Source: Neodothiora populina
Lineage: Eukaryota
Direction of reading: 5' to 3'
Assembly: GCF_041146345.1 (NCBI RefSeq)
Contig: NW_027191414.1
Span: 1,426,001-1,457,247, forward strand
Length of the DNA stretch: 31,247 nucleotides
In this document: in pieces, positions 1-11,853 of the stretch
How positions within the stretch are numbered: the first letter of the stretch is position 1
How the letters are laid out: each line of letters starts with the position of its first letter
Made by a program: the position numbers and the translations under genes
Notes under the pieces: generated by a model
What the model saw: only the letters and a program-made list of their open reading frames with translations
Told to the model about the DNA's origin: nothing
Database searches by the model: none

Positions 1-321
1 AGTTTGCAGCGCGGGTCAGGCATTCCACGTTGTCATTGTGGAGTCCGATATATCGGTAAGGCATAGACACCTTAAGTCTTCGTGGCTGGTCCACTATATG
101 GTCTATGCGGCTGACATTGCTCAACAGGCCAAGAGTCCTACCATATGCACTGTTCAGACCCCCGCTATTAACGTCACACCGTATGTATCCCTTCATGACA
201 TGTATAAAGGAGTGTGAGAGTACGAGGATGGTCTCTTTCTCTGCCATTGACTGTAATTCTTCAGATCATAGACTCCGACCTTAACGTATCCCAATCTGAA
301 ACAACCGCAAAGAAAGCCAAC

Positions 322-754
322 ATGTCTTTCCACCTTTCTGCCCAGGAGATCCACATCGCCGACAACCACATCCTCAGAGCACGTCTCCAGACCGAGAGCG
401 GCGAATGGCGGGAATCCGAGATCGATCTTGACAACCACATTGGAAACATCAACGGCATGTTCCAATGGGACAGCGCTGGTGAGTGGAGTCTCTCCTGCAA
501 CGAAGAAGCAAGTAAGAGTTGACCATGTCCAAGGTTTCTCCCAGACTGCTCAGAACGCACACTTCGCCATCGAGGGTGGCGGTCAAGTCCCCGTCCTCCG
601 TGCTGAGCTGTTCAACGAGGCCGGCGAGCCCATCTCCCGCGACGTGAACTTGGCCGAGAGAATCGAGAACCACGACGGTCAATTCGTCTACAGTATGAGA
701 TCCATCTGATCAAGTCACAAAGATATGCCAGCTGACAATTGCCCGATAGCCTAA
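322..754 (+). CDS. Cyanovirin-N homolog (CVNH) domain protein, ~106 aa, 3 exons
   Basis: Exons 322-478, 534-692, 750-754. Introns 479-533 (GTGAGT..AAG) and 693-749 (GTATGA..GCTGAC..TAG). Spliced product MSFHLSAQEIHIADNHILRARL...SEIDLDNHIGNINGMFQW...GFSQTAQN...VPVLRAEL...DVNLAERIENHDGQFVYT has the two CVNH half-repeats (F..SA..I...L.A.L...IDL...IGN.NG.F). No signal peptide. Confidence 0.92.
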
Positions 755-2242
755 GCCCGCTAGAGGATTGCTCGTTCTAGAGGGTATATGATCGAATCGA
801 CATACCACTAAGACTGGATTGTCAACATCGCGGAAGCGATAGTTTGTATATTAGCATGTTCAGTATGACACACCAATGCAGTGCTGCTTCTACTAGAAAC
901 GCCTTTGCCCCTGGTTGAAACCATCCCACGTGATGCTGCTACGTAGCCATGACTCGTTATCGGACGAGGAGAACGATAGTAAAAGCATACCCAGTAATGT
1001 GTTCTTGCTTCCGCGTTGAATGGGTCTTGTATTCTTATATTACCTTTGGTATGTTAATGGAACAGGGAGAGGTCCCCAACAGTGATTCGCACCTCGCCAA
1101 CTCCATGCTTCGAGCTATGTCTCCTCAAGCTATCGTACACGCCATATCTGATACAGACGTGAATTGCGGAGTGCTGTCGTATGAGCGTATACTCAACACG
1201 TCATGAGCCGCTGAAGTGCGCGGATGGAGATTTGTCGCAGCATTGTTTTCAGGCCGACACTAGAGCTTTGACCACAGCAGCGCCACATGAGGCTACGCGA
1301 GTAAGCAGCATAGCGACACCTTCGCTGAGTCACAAATGCTCTGAGAAAGTCGTTACGATCTTCTTTATGCTACGTGCTACGTCTGCCCAGCCAGATAAGC
1401 AGAATCCGGGGTAGGGCAAACTCTCATATCTTACCATCAGTCTGGAGACTTCAGGTAAGGGTAGGTAAGTGCCACGTGTATCTCACCTTACCTTACTGTA
1501 CCTAATTGTACCTTACCTTTGAACAGTCCTTTAGATACTTTACCTGCTCTCGGCCTAGACCAGCCAGCAAGAAAGCGATTCTCCCACATCCCCATTGCCT
1601 GACAAAAATATTGTATCCTGATCTCGCGTAAAGGAAGACGCCGATTGGGCAATGGAGTACCTCAAGGCACGTACCTTACTCACGGAAAGGGCCGTTACGT
1701 CACAAGCATCACCATGTGACAGGCACTGGGAAGTTGCCGAGGACACTTGCGACCAGCAGGACGGCGAAGTCCAGGTCATACCGGACATCGAGGTGATCAA
1801 AATGCGAAAGAATCGATATGTACGTGGATTGGAGTGGCAAGTGTCTACCTCAAGGGACTGGTACAGATTCGACAGATCCGTTGAGCACATAGGCGATAGC
1901 GAGTTGCGGGGTCAAGTTCTCCAGCTGCTCTGCCTATTGAATCAAATGGAAGTTCTAGGCCATGCCCTTGACAGCACTGTCGAAGGAAGTTGAAAACACT
2001 GGATGAATCTAGAGAATGCTTAGAGGCGAAACAACAATCCTACGTACCAATCGTACAGCAGCTAAACCTCACAAATGAGGGGTGGTTCGAGTGAGGATTT
2101 GAGGGGTAGTATGGGTGTAGATGGGTATATCGTTTTCGCATACGGAGTCGGAACCAGTCTTGAGTCAAGATGAATACAGCATCAAAACCAGGCTGCACGT
2201 TTCGAAGTAACCGATTTCCTCAAGAAGCCGAATCAACGTTGA

Positions 2243-2361
2243 CCCCAGACGCCCTTGCGCAGATCGGGGACCTAAGAGTCACAAAATAGGTTGCTATCCG
2301 ATCCAGATTGTGGGGCCCCCGGGTTTATGTACCAAGAAACGCAGAGAAGAACGACATATAA
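2243..2361 (+). promoter_or_regulatory. Putative CreA/Mig1-type SYGGRG sites and TATA-like element upstream of the sugar transporter
   Basis: CCCCAG (2243-2248), GTGGGG (2310-2315) and CCCCGG (2317-2322) fit SYGGRG on one strand or the other. CATATAAG lies near 2355-2362, about 100 nt before the ATG. Short motifs, so chance matches are possible. Confidence 0.3.
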
Positions 2362-2460
2362 GACTCCTGTTGAACTCCCCTTATCACACCTCAAGAATCT
2401 CACCTTCGAACGCACGATTTCTGGGTAGACCGATCACAGTCGGATTTCACATCTTTCGCA

Positions 2461-4124
2461 ATGTTTGACAAGAGTTCTTTCAACAGAGGCTATGCCACCA
2501 ACATGCGAGGCAAGTGGCTGCAGACAGCTATCACAGTATGCGCGGCCATGGCCTTCACACTTTTCGGTGAGTATCTCTTGCCCAATTCATCAGTTTCCAC
2601 CAGGAGCAGGTCTGACGGCAGAACCATGTAGGTTATGATCAAGGAGTCATTGGCGGTCTTATTTCTCTGCCTACATTTCTCAGTGTCAATGGTATCGATC
2701 AGCACGACTCGAATCTCCAAGGCACAATCGTTGCAATCTACGATATCGGTTGTCTTACAGGCTGCATCATCATGGGTGTCTTTGGTCAGAAGCTCGGTCG
2801 GCGTGTGTTCATCGTCTTAGGTGGTGCCCTTCTCGTTGTCGGAGCTGCTCTACAAGCAGCCGCACAAGGGACCGCGTACCTGATTGCGGGTCGTGTGGTT
2901 GGAGGTATTGGCATGGGTCTCACTACGACCATGATTCCCATCTGGGTCGCTGAGACTGCCAGAGCCTCTACGCGCGGTGCAATGGTCGCCATCCAACTCT
3001 CAATCGTTATCTTTGGAGTGACACTTGCATACTGGTTCGATTTCGGCATGATCAGGGCCTTCCCTCTGGACACCAAGGCCTGGCGTATTCCCATTGCATT
3101 CCAGTGTGTCTTCATCCTCCTCACCTGGATGTCGATTTTCTTCCTCCCAGAGTCTCCTCGTTATCTATACTCTATGGGATACACCGAGGATGCCGACAAC
3201 GTCATCAGTCGTCTCTATGGCCTCCCGCTCGATGGCGAGGAAGTCGCACAACACCGCAAGGAAGTCGTCGCAGCTCTTGAGGCCGAGAGAGAGTTCGCCT
3301 TCAGCCTGAAACATCTTTTCCGTGACGAGTCGTCCGTCAGTGTAACGTGGCGTCTATGGTTATGTGTTCTCGTACAATTCTTCCAGCAGATGGACGGCAA
3401 CAACATCGTCTCCTACGCAAGTAATTCTTGCCTATCCCGAGCCAGGCCTCTTTAGCTAACAATATGCCCGTAGTACGCGACCTACCTCTTCATCAACTCG
3501 CTCGGCATGACTCAAGATACCGCCGCTGTTACATCTGGCGGTGTAACGCTTCTCTTCTTCGGTGGCACACTCACTCTGATCTATACCGTTGAGAGGTTTG
3601 GACGTCGCACGATGATGTTGTGGGGAGCAATAACCTGCTCGCTTTTCATGATCCTCTTCGTGGTTGGACTTGCTGTCGATACCGACAGTTCGCTCCAACT
3701 CGCTGTCGTGAGCATCTTCTTATTCGAGTTCTGTTTCGGAGCTACATGGTGCGGTCTCCCATGGGTTTACGTCCCCGAGATTGCTCCGCTCAGTGTGCGT
3801 CACGTTGGTACCGCAATGGGAGTGTTCACACAGTGGATCGTCACCTTCATTGTGGTCAAGTTTGGACCCATGGGCATCTCCGCGGCTGGCTGGAAATTCT
3901 ACCTTCTTTTCGTCGTCTTCAACTGCCTCACCATCCCTTTCGTCTATTTCTGCGTCAAAGAGACCAAGGGTCTCAGTCTCGAGGAGATTGACCTGCTCTT
4001 CGCCAAGAAGGGCCACAGGGATGAGATGGAAGCCCGAGTCCACGGCACTACTGAGTATTCTGCCGAGAAGGGAGGAGTGATATCATTGGAGGATATGTCA
4101 ATGGACAAGTCGTCGCACAACTGA
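2461..4124 (+). CDS. MFS sugar porter family transporter (Stl1-like), ~513 aa, 3 exons
   Basis: Exons 2461-2566, 2632-3416, 3474-4124. Motifs: LFGYDQG (across intron 1), GRR, GRVVGGIGMG, PIWVAE, RGAMV, WRIP, PESPRYL, QFFQQMDGNNIVSYY, VERFGRR, PWVYVPEIAP, KETKGLSLEEID. Intron 2 is GC-AG (3417-3473). Confidence 0.95.
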
Positions 4125-6017
4125 GCGGCGAACGATATGGTTCAAGGAAGGATTATAATGAAAGACTTGAAGAAATGACAAGCCTATGGTCGCAACGAAT
4201 TTCAGATGTCTGATTAGTCGATTTTGTAGTATACCACGTAGCTGCTCTGGAAATCATTCAAATTGTTCTCGCACTCACTGCTGAAGGAGGTCAATATGCG
4301 TGCAAAGGTGAATGGGTTCTCCATGGCCTCCACAGTCGCGGCACGCGCTCCACTATTCCCCTACCTGATTCATGCGACCTTACTGGAAAGGCCGAACAGA
4401 GTCAAGTTCATGCAATCGCGGCTGTACAGTATCCTGACCGCATTGATGAAGTCGAAGTAATGATCGTCGCGGGTCTCCACGCTGATGACTGTAAATTGTC
4501 TGTACCCGCGCCAGCCGGATTCGATGATTCTTTGCGGGACCAGAAAATCCTCCGCGCATATAGATCTGCACCTGCACTTACAGTCACATCCCCACCTTCG
4601 GTTAGGTCTTTGCAGGAAGATCACCAACTCAATGCCTCAGCGCTTAGCATTGACAGGAGGATATCATGTGCTATCGAGTCCAAAGCCTGGATGTTCCCCA
4701 GGGCAAAGGCGGAGTACCGTACATGCGGCAATGCTTGCCGTGTGACAGACTGTGAACGTGGAGCCGTTGACAGTCGAGCCCCTGCTGACGTCTGGGGTAG
4801 GTCTGGCATGCGGAGAACCTAATTATGGTATATAGCCGGATCGAGTCGCACGACTTAATGTAGCCGATGCCTTGATTTAATTTTACATCAAGGAAATGTA
4901 GGGTACGACAAGGCTGTGGAGTTGTATAAGTAGCAGTCTATACCTGTACTCTGCGATGTCGATTGATGGAATGTACGCATCGACCGACGACCATTTTGAT
5001 CGTCGACTGAGAGGGCGTAGCCCTGGAAAATATCTGTGTGTCAGACATCCGGAACGGTGCTTCTTCCAAGGATCGCAGGGCCACTTAGTCGACATGATTC
5101 AGTGGGGACCAGCTCCATGAATGGTCAACCGAAAATACGTAGTCGCGTTGTACATGACGAGCTGGAAGAAGGACGGATCGGACTCCTTCTCTGATCTCGA
5201 ATTGCATATGCTGTGAGCGGTTCCTTCGCATAGAATGCTCAGATACTATTAAGTACGGAGAAGAAATCCGGCACATTCGGAGACTTGGGATATGATCAAT
5301 TCCACGCGCTGACCTCGAAGGACGCCTTCATCACTCGACACAGTAGGGCCGAAATACCTGAGATCAATGAATACATGATGGAACAATCCAAAGCCACGGA
5401 TACGTATATACAGCAATCGTGTAGAGACATAGACTGAGGCATCAGAGTCTGGCCTCATCCTGACTCGAGAGTGGTCGAAAACGATGCGATGCCTCTACTG
5501 TATTTTGTACCTTAGATTTCTGAGTGTAGTCCGAGGAAGCGCCAACGTGCTCGAGACGAGGCTTGGTCCTCTGGGCAGGGTCTAAGGGAAGATAGAGTTA
5601 CGGGACTACTTGCCCAGCACATTAACCTAATTCTATCATAGAAAAGGCATAATATAATGTACCATACGACCCAAACACGCAGTGCGGCTACCGTTGGATA
5701 TAATGACATCGAGTCCTGTTGTATGTCATGCATCTTGTGCTGGTCAGGATTCTCTCCAGCGTGCAGCTGATTGACTTGCCTTAATTTAATGTACAGGATA
5801 CTTTACCTCTTGTACAGTACACAAAGCTGCAACCAGGCCCGTTCCTTGCAGATCAGGGTCCCGCTGCGCACAGGTTAGTTCGTTTTTAGTGCAAGCGGTA
5901 AGGAGAACTTCACTTTAATCACAGCATGGAAAAATCATGTACAAGGAAAAAAGATACTGTTATGCTCGCTGTCTAGGGTATGTCATGTGCTATGTAATGT
6001 TGATAAAAGCAATTTGA

Positions 6018-7779
6018 TTACGATGAGGCCGTGTCTCTCTTCCTTGCATTCACATACAGATTGCTTGGCTTCACTGTCTGGAACATTGAATCGTACTCGA
6101 TGGGATCGTTACCTTCTCTGACGAAGTCGTATCGGAACACCAGCTTGGCCATGAAGAGTTTTACTTCTCTTGCGACGAAGTTGGTGGCGACACACATTCT
6201 GGGACCCATGGCGAACGGCATGTAAGTAGCCCGATGCCTGGTCTTGACGCGCTCGGTGTCCCACCTATCTGGGTCGAATTGAGTTGGATTATCCCAAAGC
6301 GCTGGGTTGTTGTGGATGTGGTGCAAGGCGGGAATAACGACACCACCCTTTGGTATCTTGTAGCCTCCAGGGAGGATGATGTCGGTACGAGCTGTTCTGG
6401 CCGGCTGGAAGGAAGTCGTATGTCGGCGCTGGGTTTCTTTCACATATTTGTCCAGATACGTGAGACGCCCAATGAACTCTGGAGTCATCACAGTGTTTTC
6501 GTCCATGCCGTTGTCGATGAGTTCTTGGTATATCCTCTGCTGCGTGCCTTCGTAAGCTACTAGCCCGTAAATGAGCCAGGACAGGAGAGAGCTAGTGGTG
6601 ACGAAGCCGGCGGTGAGCGCTACAACGAGAGCTGGCTGTCGACCCTCGGGTTCCATCTTCTCTCCCTTCATATCGGTGGCGCGCAGCAGGTAGTCTATCA
6701 CAAAGGTCAGCATTACGACATCAATAGGTGCAAAGAGATCTTGGTGTATACCTGTCAGGTTGCGAGTCTTCATTGCTGCCTCTTGTAAGGGTACATCTCC
6801 CTCACCGCGCGGCGCCCTCTTCATGACTCCACCAACCAGAGTACCAACAAGGTGGAAGGTATCACGTAGACGCTTCGGATCACCGAAGGGCAACCACTGA
6901 TACCAGTCTCCCCAGGTCGTTACTTTCTTATTCAGTCCCAGCAATTTGACGATATTGAGAGGGATTGGATGGATCGGTGAATCGATGTTCTCGAAATGCT
7001 TGAAGTCTTCCTCTAGCCAGAGCTGGCCCACCAGCTGTGAAGACAGCTTCAGCATGTAATTGTACGCGTTCCATGCGCTTCCTTGTCTGTCTAGCTCATC
7101 AAAGATGGTAAATGACTGTTCGACTGTGGCCTGCATCCTTGGAGTATAGTGGTTGATGGCTTTGGGGCTGAAAGCGGGCACGAAGAACTTGTGCGCCTTC
7201 CTCCATGTGTCGGTGTCTGTGTTTGTCAAGAACACACCGGCGTGAGGGCTTTTCACACCATATAGCGGGTGAGCTTTGTTAATGTCTTTGGTGAAGAAAT
7301 CTGTCTCGGCGAAGACATGGCTGGATATGACCGGGTCGTTGGTGTGATAGACGGTACGGCCCATCACTGTAGTCTTGATGACAGGTCCATACTGGTCGAA
7401 GAGTCGCTGGTGGTTACCGATGTGGTCTGGATAGACCCCGCAGTGGCTGCCCAGGAGTGGAAGACCTTGTGGTCCAGGAGGATCTCGTACATCCTGGCCA
7501 TTGATGGTCACAGTCACGGGACCAGTTGCCTCAAGGATATCTGCGACTCCATCAAGTTGCTTGCCATTTGCTTCGCATAAGATACCTTCAAGGTATAACG
7601 TTAGCTAATATCACCCGCATGATGTAGGATATCTGGAACATACTTTGAGGCTCAACAATACCAAAGTGTTTACCAAGCAACTTCTGGAGTTTGATGAGGT
7701 TTGTGCCGGCATCGACTTGGATGGACTTGACAGTACCACCGTTCTCGCCAGAGACACAAAAGTTAATGGGCATCATCAT
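6018..7779 (-). CDS. Cytochrome P450 monooxygenase, ~548 aa, resembling non-fused CYP505-clan (CYP540/541-type) enzymes
   Basis: Exons 7779-7644, 7585-6752, 6694-6018. Introns 7586-7643 (GTATGT..GCTAAC..AAG) and 6695-6751 (GTATAC..GCTGAC..TAG). Motifs: PPGP, I-helix AGFVTTS, ExxR (KETQR), PDRW, heme motif PFAMGPRMCVA. The family assignment is from recalled resemblance only. Confidence 0.93.
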
Positions 7780-8590
7780 AAGAGTAGGATGTGCAGGAGA
7801 GGGAGAGAAGAATTCCAGGTCAGGTAGTTGTTGACACGTATTCTTGGTGGGGACAATGGATGTCGTTATATAACACAGGTTCGCTTCAACGCCAGCACCT
7901 CTTCATTGCCGTGAAGAAGACCCGACCATGTTCACTTATCATCTGACAGTCTCGTCCTTGATAGGCATCATAGACCTCACACGACATTGTTTTAGTGAAT
8001 TACTGTATATCAAGCTTAGTATGCATGGCCAAGGATTGGGCTGACCTTCGAGCGTGACCGGTGTTCTAACGGGACTATTGCTAGGAGCCTCGCATACACG
8101 AGCGGGCACTCGTCCGAGTCTCAACACATCAATGTCGTATTGTATGCTGCGTGAGAAGGTTCACTCCATCGTCCCAACACATGCAGGTTCGCCTTTCTCG
8201 TCCACGGATGATCCATATCGGTAGGCCCTCTAGATGAGATGAGCAAGTGCCGACTGCTCTATCCGCTGCAGATGGAGAGGTCACTTCGCTGTCCAGGACG
8301 CGTATCATGTCAGACGAGAGTTCGTCTTGAGGCTTATGCGAGGTCTAGGCATCAAGGACTGATATTGTCTCCACAGACGGCCGGATCCTTCCGGCTAAAC
8401 ATGCTATTAATGATAGATGAACATTGCATGCGTGGAGACAGTAAGATCCTGATAAATTGCTTGATCAGTCGTGTTCAAGGGCGATCGGGATATAAACAGC
8501 GTCGTCGCTGGATCAAATGAACACTCAATCTTTTTTTCATTGTTTGCAAACTCGACCGACGCCCAAGACACTGAACAGGACACAGATAAG

Positions 8591-9335
8591 ATGGAGCAAT
8601 ACACATTGGCAGAAGTCGCATCCCGCAACACCGAGATCTCAGTATTGATCGCGATTGAGAGCAAAGGTACGTACCGGAGCAGTAACAGGCATTGGTAACG
8701 AGTGATTATAATGATATTCGTTCGCAGTCTACAATATCACCGACTTTCTGGAAGATCATCCGGGAGGCAAAGACATCCTGCTTGAAGTTGGTGGCAAGGA
8801 TGCTACAGAGGAGTTTGAGGAAGCTGCACACTCCGATGAAGCACGCACGATCCTGAAGCAGTATCTGGTCGCGAAGTTGAAAGACGATCGAGTTTCGCCG
8901 AAGGCAAGCAAATCGACCGAAGCTAAGAACCAGAGGGCTGAGCTGGAACACGAGAAGGAGACCTCAACGGTAAAGGCGAAGAAGGAGATACCACCCGCAG
9001 CAGTCCTCATTGGCGTCACATCGGCCGCGGCTGCAGTCATCCTCCGTAAGACGGAATATCTATCTCTGTTTGCGACGAAGGTGACTGTGTTCCTCGCTCA
9101 ACTACCCGAGTGGATTGGAGGATTGCGCATCAATCCTGAAACAGCGACGATCTATTTGGACAGTGCTAGAACATCTAGCGCTGGCTTACTGGCCATCTGC
9201 TTAGCCGGGCTCACTATCTCGATGCTCTACTGGGCTTTGAGTCTTACGTACATTGAATTTGGCTATGGGAAATATCCATCTGTCATCAGGTCAAAGGGAC
9301 GGAGGGGACAGACGCACCTCTTCAGACACCCTTGA
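8591..9335 (+). CDS. Cytochrome b5 domain protein with C-terminal hydrophobic segments, ~227 aa
   Basis: Exons 8591-8666 and 8728-9335; intron GTACGT..CAG. Spliced MEQYTLAEVASRN...KVYNITDFLEDHPGGKDILLEVGGKDATEEFEEAAHSDEARTILKQYLV has both heme-ligating His (HPGG, AHS). It is followed by a charged linker and two hydrophobic stretches. The ORF track misses the b5 domain. Confidence 0.92.
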
Positions 9336-10396
9336 ATCGTCGCGTTGGCTGCCCCGGGTCGCGCTGGGATAAGATTGTGTTTGGACGGATAGGGTAGAGA
9401 TCTCCATAGAGAACAATCACACATACTTCTTCTTGCAATAGTGAAGCGAGCCGTGAGCTCTGCAATCGAGAGACATGTGGGCCAGGAATGTTCTACGCGA
9501 ACAACGGGACACGATGTGCGGTACGGTAGGTAGTCGTGAGCTGTCACTGAATCTTCCATGTCACATCGTAAAAATGATCAACGCAGCACGTGCGGTGGAT
9601 TATCAAATATATTAAAAGTTGTTGCTGATTGGTCACATCGTGATCCTGTCTTACCTCACCTTATCTGCATTGCAATTGGGCTACTGCAGTCGTTTCCAAC
9701 CTTGATCGCGTATTAGTGTACGAGTCCTTCCCCAGGAGTGCAGATTCAAACTAAGGTAAGGTAAGTAATTAAGGTAAGGTAATTGAAGGGTACCTTAGTA
9801 AACCAGGGTCCAATTGGCGGCCCGGTACGCACACAAGCCTCCGCCTCCTCATCCGGACAAGCCACATGTGGGTCGGATAGATAGCGCGGCATCTCTAATA
9901 AGAATTTAGGAAGCACCAAGGGTGGGCTCGAGCCCCCCCCCGATCCTCCCAGCCATTCCATCTCGCTGCTCCCATCCGTAACCCACATCAGCATTCTCCG
10001 CAATATCCTCCTCCGCAAGCACTATCTCGCAAAAGCTGAGAGGAGATGCGGGTCTGCACATGCAACATGATCTACGCAGCGTCTATATACGGTAGAGATA
10101 GGAAATTGTTTCGCGAGATGCAGGGGAGTCCCGCTACTCCGCCTTGTGTTAGCAGCGTTGAGAGATAGTCGAGTTGTTCATGTACAGCACCACTCAGCTT
10201 ACAAACCCGGACCGCTATTGCTCGCACCGAGATCCGTGGTCTCGAAGTCTAAGTTTGTTATATACAACTTCACACGAACGGCTCTCTCAGAACTTGGTTA
10301 CAATCACGACTGATTGTGTTTCACGAGTTTTTGTTTTATTGTCTGCTCATCCAGGGACACAGATCTCGATAACCTTCGTCTCACCAACCGCCCGTC

Positions 10397-11853
10397 ATGT
10401 TGAACGACCATGAGAAAGGGCTGGAGGGTACGATCCCTACGGCCGAGATGGTCGGCGACGTTTCTCCAGTCGAAGAAGAGCACAAGCTCATTCACAACGC
10501 TTACCCTGACGGCGGGCGTGAGGCGTGGTTGACTGTCGGGGGAGCCTGGTGCTGCAATTTCGCTTCATTTGGTTGGACCAGCTCCGTCGGTGTTTTCCAG
10601 ACTTACTACTCGCAGAACCAACTTTCAGAGTATTCATCCTCGACAGTGTCATGGATTCCATCTGCAAATTTATTCATGTTGCTCGTTCTGGCACCAGTCT
10701 TTGGCAAACTCTTCGACAGCTACGGTCCTCGTTGGATCATAGTCTTCGGCACCATTGTCGATGTTCTCGGCCTGATGTTTCTTAGCCTCAGTGACAAGTA
10801 CTACCAGATCTTTCTTTCACAGAGTATTTTTTCGGGGATCGGGTCCTGTGCTTTGTTCTATGCTGGAATGAATGCAGTGAGCACGTATTTCCAGAAGAAG
10901 AGAGCCTTGGCCATTGGCATTGTTGCAAGTGCCTCTTCGCTGGGAGGTGTCATTGTGCCGTAAGTGTGGTCCTCGTCCCTCGAAGACTCTTTGCCATCAA
11001 ACATCAATCTCTCTACCTGACAAATAGCTGACTCTGACTGACTCTGGCAGGATCATGTTCAACAACATCATCGATGCTGGCGTGAGTTTCGGATGGACAA
11101 TTCGCATCATTGCCTTTACTTTCCTCGCCTTATTATCTTTCGCCTGCGTCTTCACAAAATCGCGGTTGGATCACAAGCCCAAACCATTGATCATCATGGA
11201 CTTCATTCGCCCTCTGAAAGAAGTGCCGTTCTTGTTTCTCACCGCTGCTGGGTTCTTCGCTTTCTGGGGAATTTTCATACCAAATAACTTCATTGTGCTG
11301 TATGCACAGTCGATTGGGATGTCGGTGAATCTTTCCAACTACCAACTTGTAGTTTTGAACGCTGCAAGGTAAGTTTCTCTCAAAAGAACACCCCACGAAT
11401 ACTATTGAACTGATTTCGTTTGATCACAGTATTTTTGGTCGAGTCGGTTGCGGACTCGTCGCCGACAGATTTGGACGGATCAACACCATCATCATCAATC
11501 TTGTCCTGGTCACCGTTTTCGTCCTCGCTCTATGGTTGATACAAACGGAGGGCACGACTATCGCCTTCAGCACCTTATACGGCTTCGGATCGGGATCCTT
11601 TATATCTCTATTGCCAGCCATCATCGCCCAGGTATCAGACATCCGAGAGATTGGAGTCAGAACCGGTATTGTCTACTTTGTGTCCGCTTTTGCCTGCTTG
11701 ACAGGTAACCCGATCGGTAGCGCACTCATCGAGAACAACTCGCACCCGTATAGATGGATGCAAGTTTTCTCGGCAATCATCATCTTTATCGGAGCGGGGT
11801 TCTTCACCCTGTTGCGCCTTTCGCAGTCGAGGAAACTCACGGCCAGAGTATAG
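10397..11853 (+). CDS. MFS monocarboxylate transporter (MCT/Mch-like), ~434 aa, 3 exons
   Basis: Exons 10397-10959, 11051-11368, 11430-11853. Motifs: YPDGGREAWLTVGGAW, GVFQTYY, SWIPS, GKLFDSYGPR, YYQIFLSQ, YFQKKRALAIGI, GWTIR, SIFGR..G..ADRFGRIN, GNPIGSALI. Confidence 0.94.

Noticed and set aside
1652..1993. 113-aa plus-strand ORF (MEYLKARTLL...)
   Set aside because: No recognisable motif or clear gene structure. It may be a relic, but I cannot support a call.
4200..5900. Cluster of short ORFs between the sugar porter and the P450, considered as a decayed regulator
   Set aside because: Manual translation of the frames I tried gave no Zn2Cys6 or other identifiable motif. Needs BLASTX.
11035..11050. 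CTGACT-like tandem repeat in MCT intron 1
   Set aside because: Only duplicated branch-point-like words, and a single acceptor gives the right frame.
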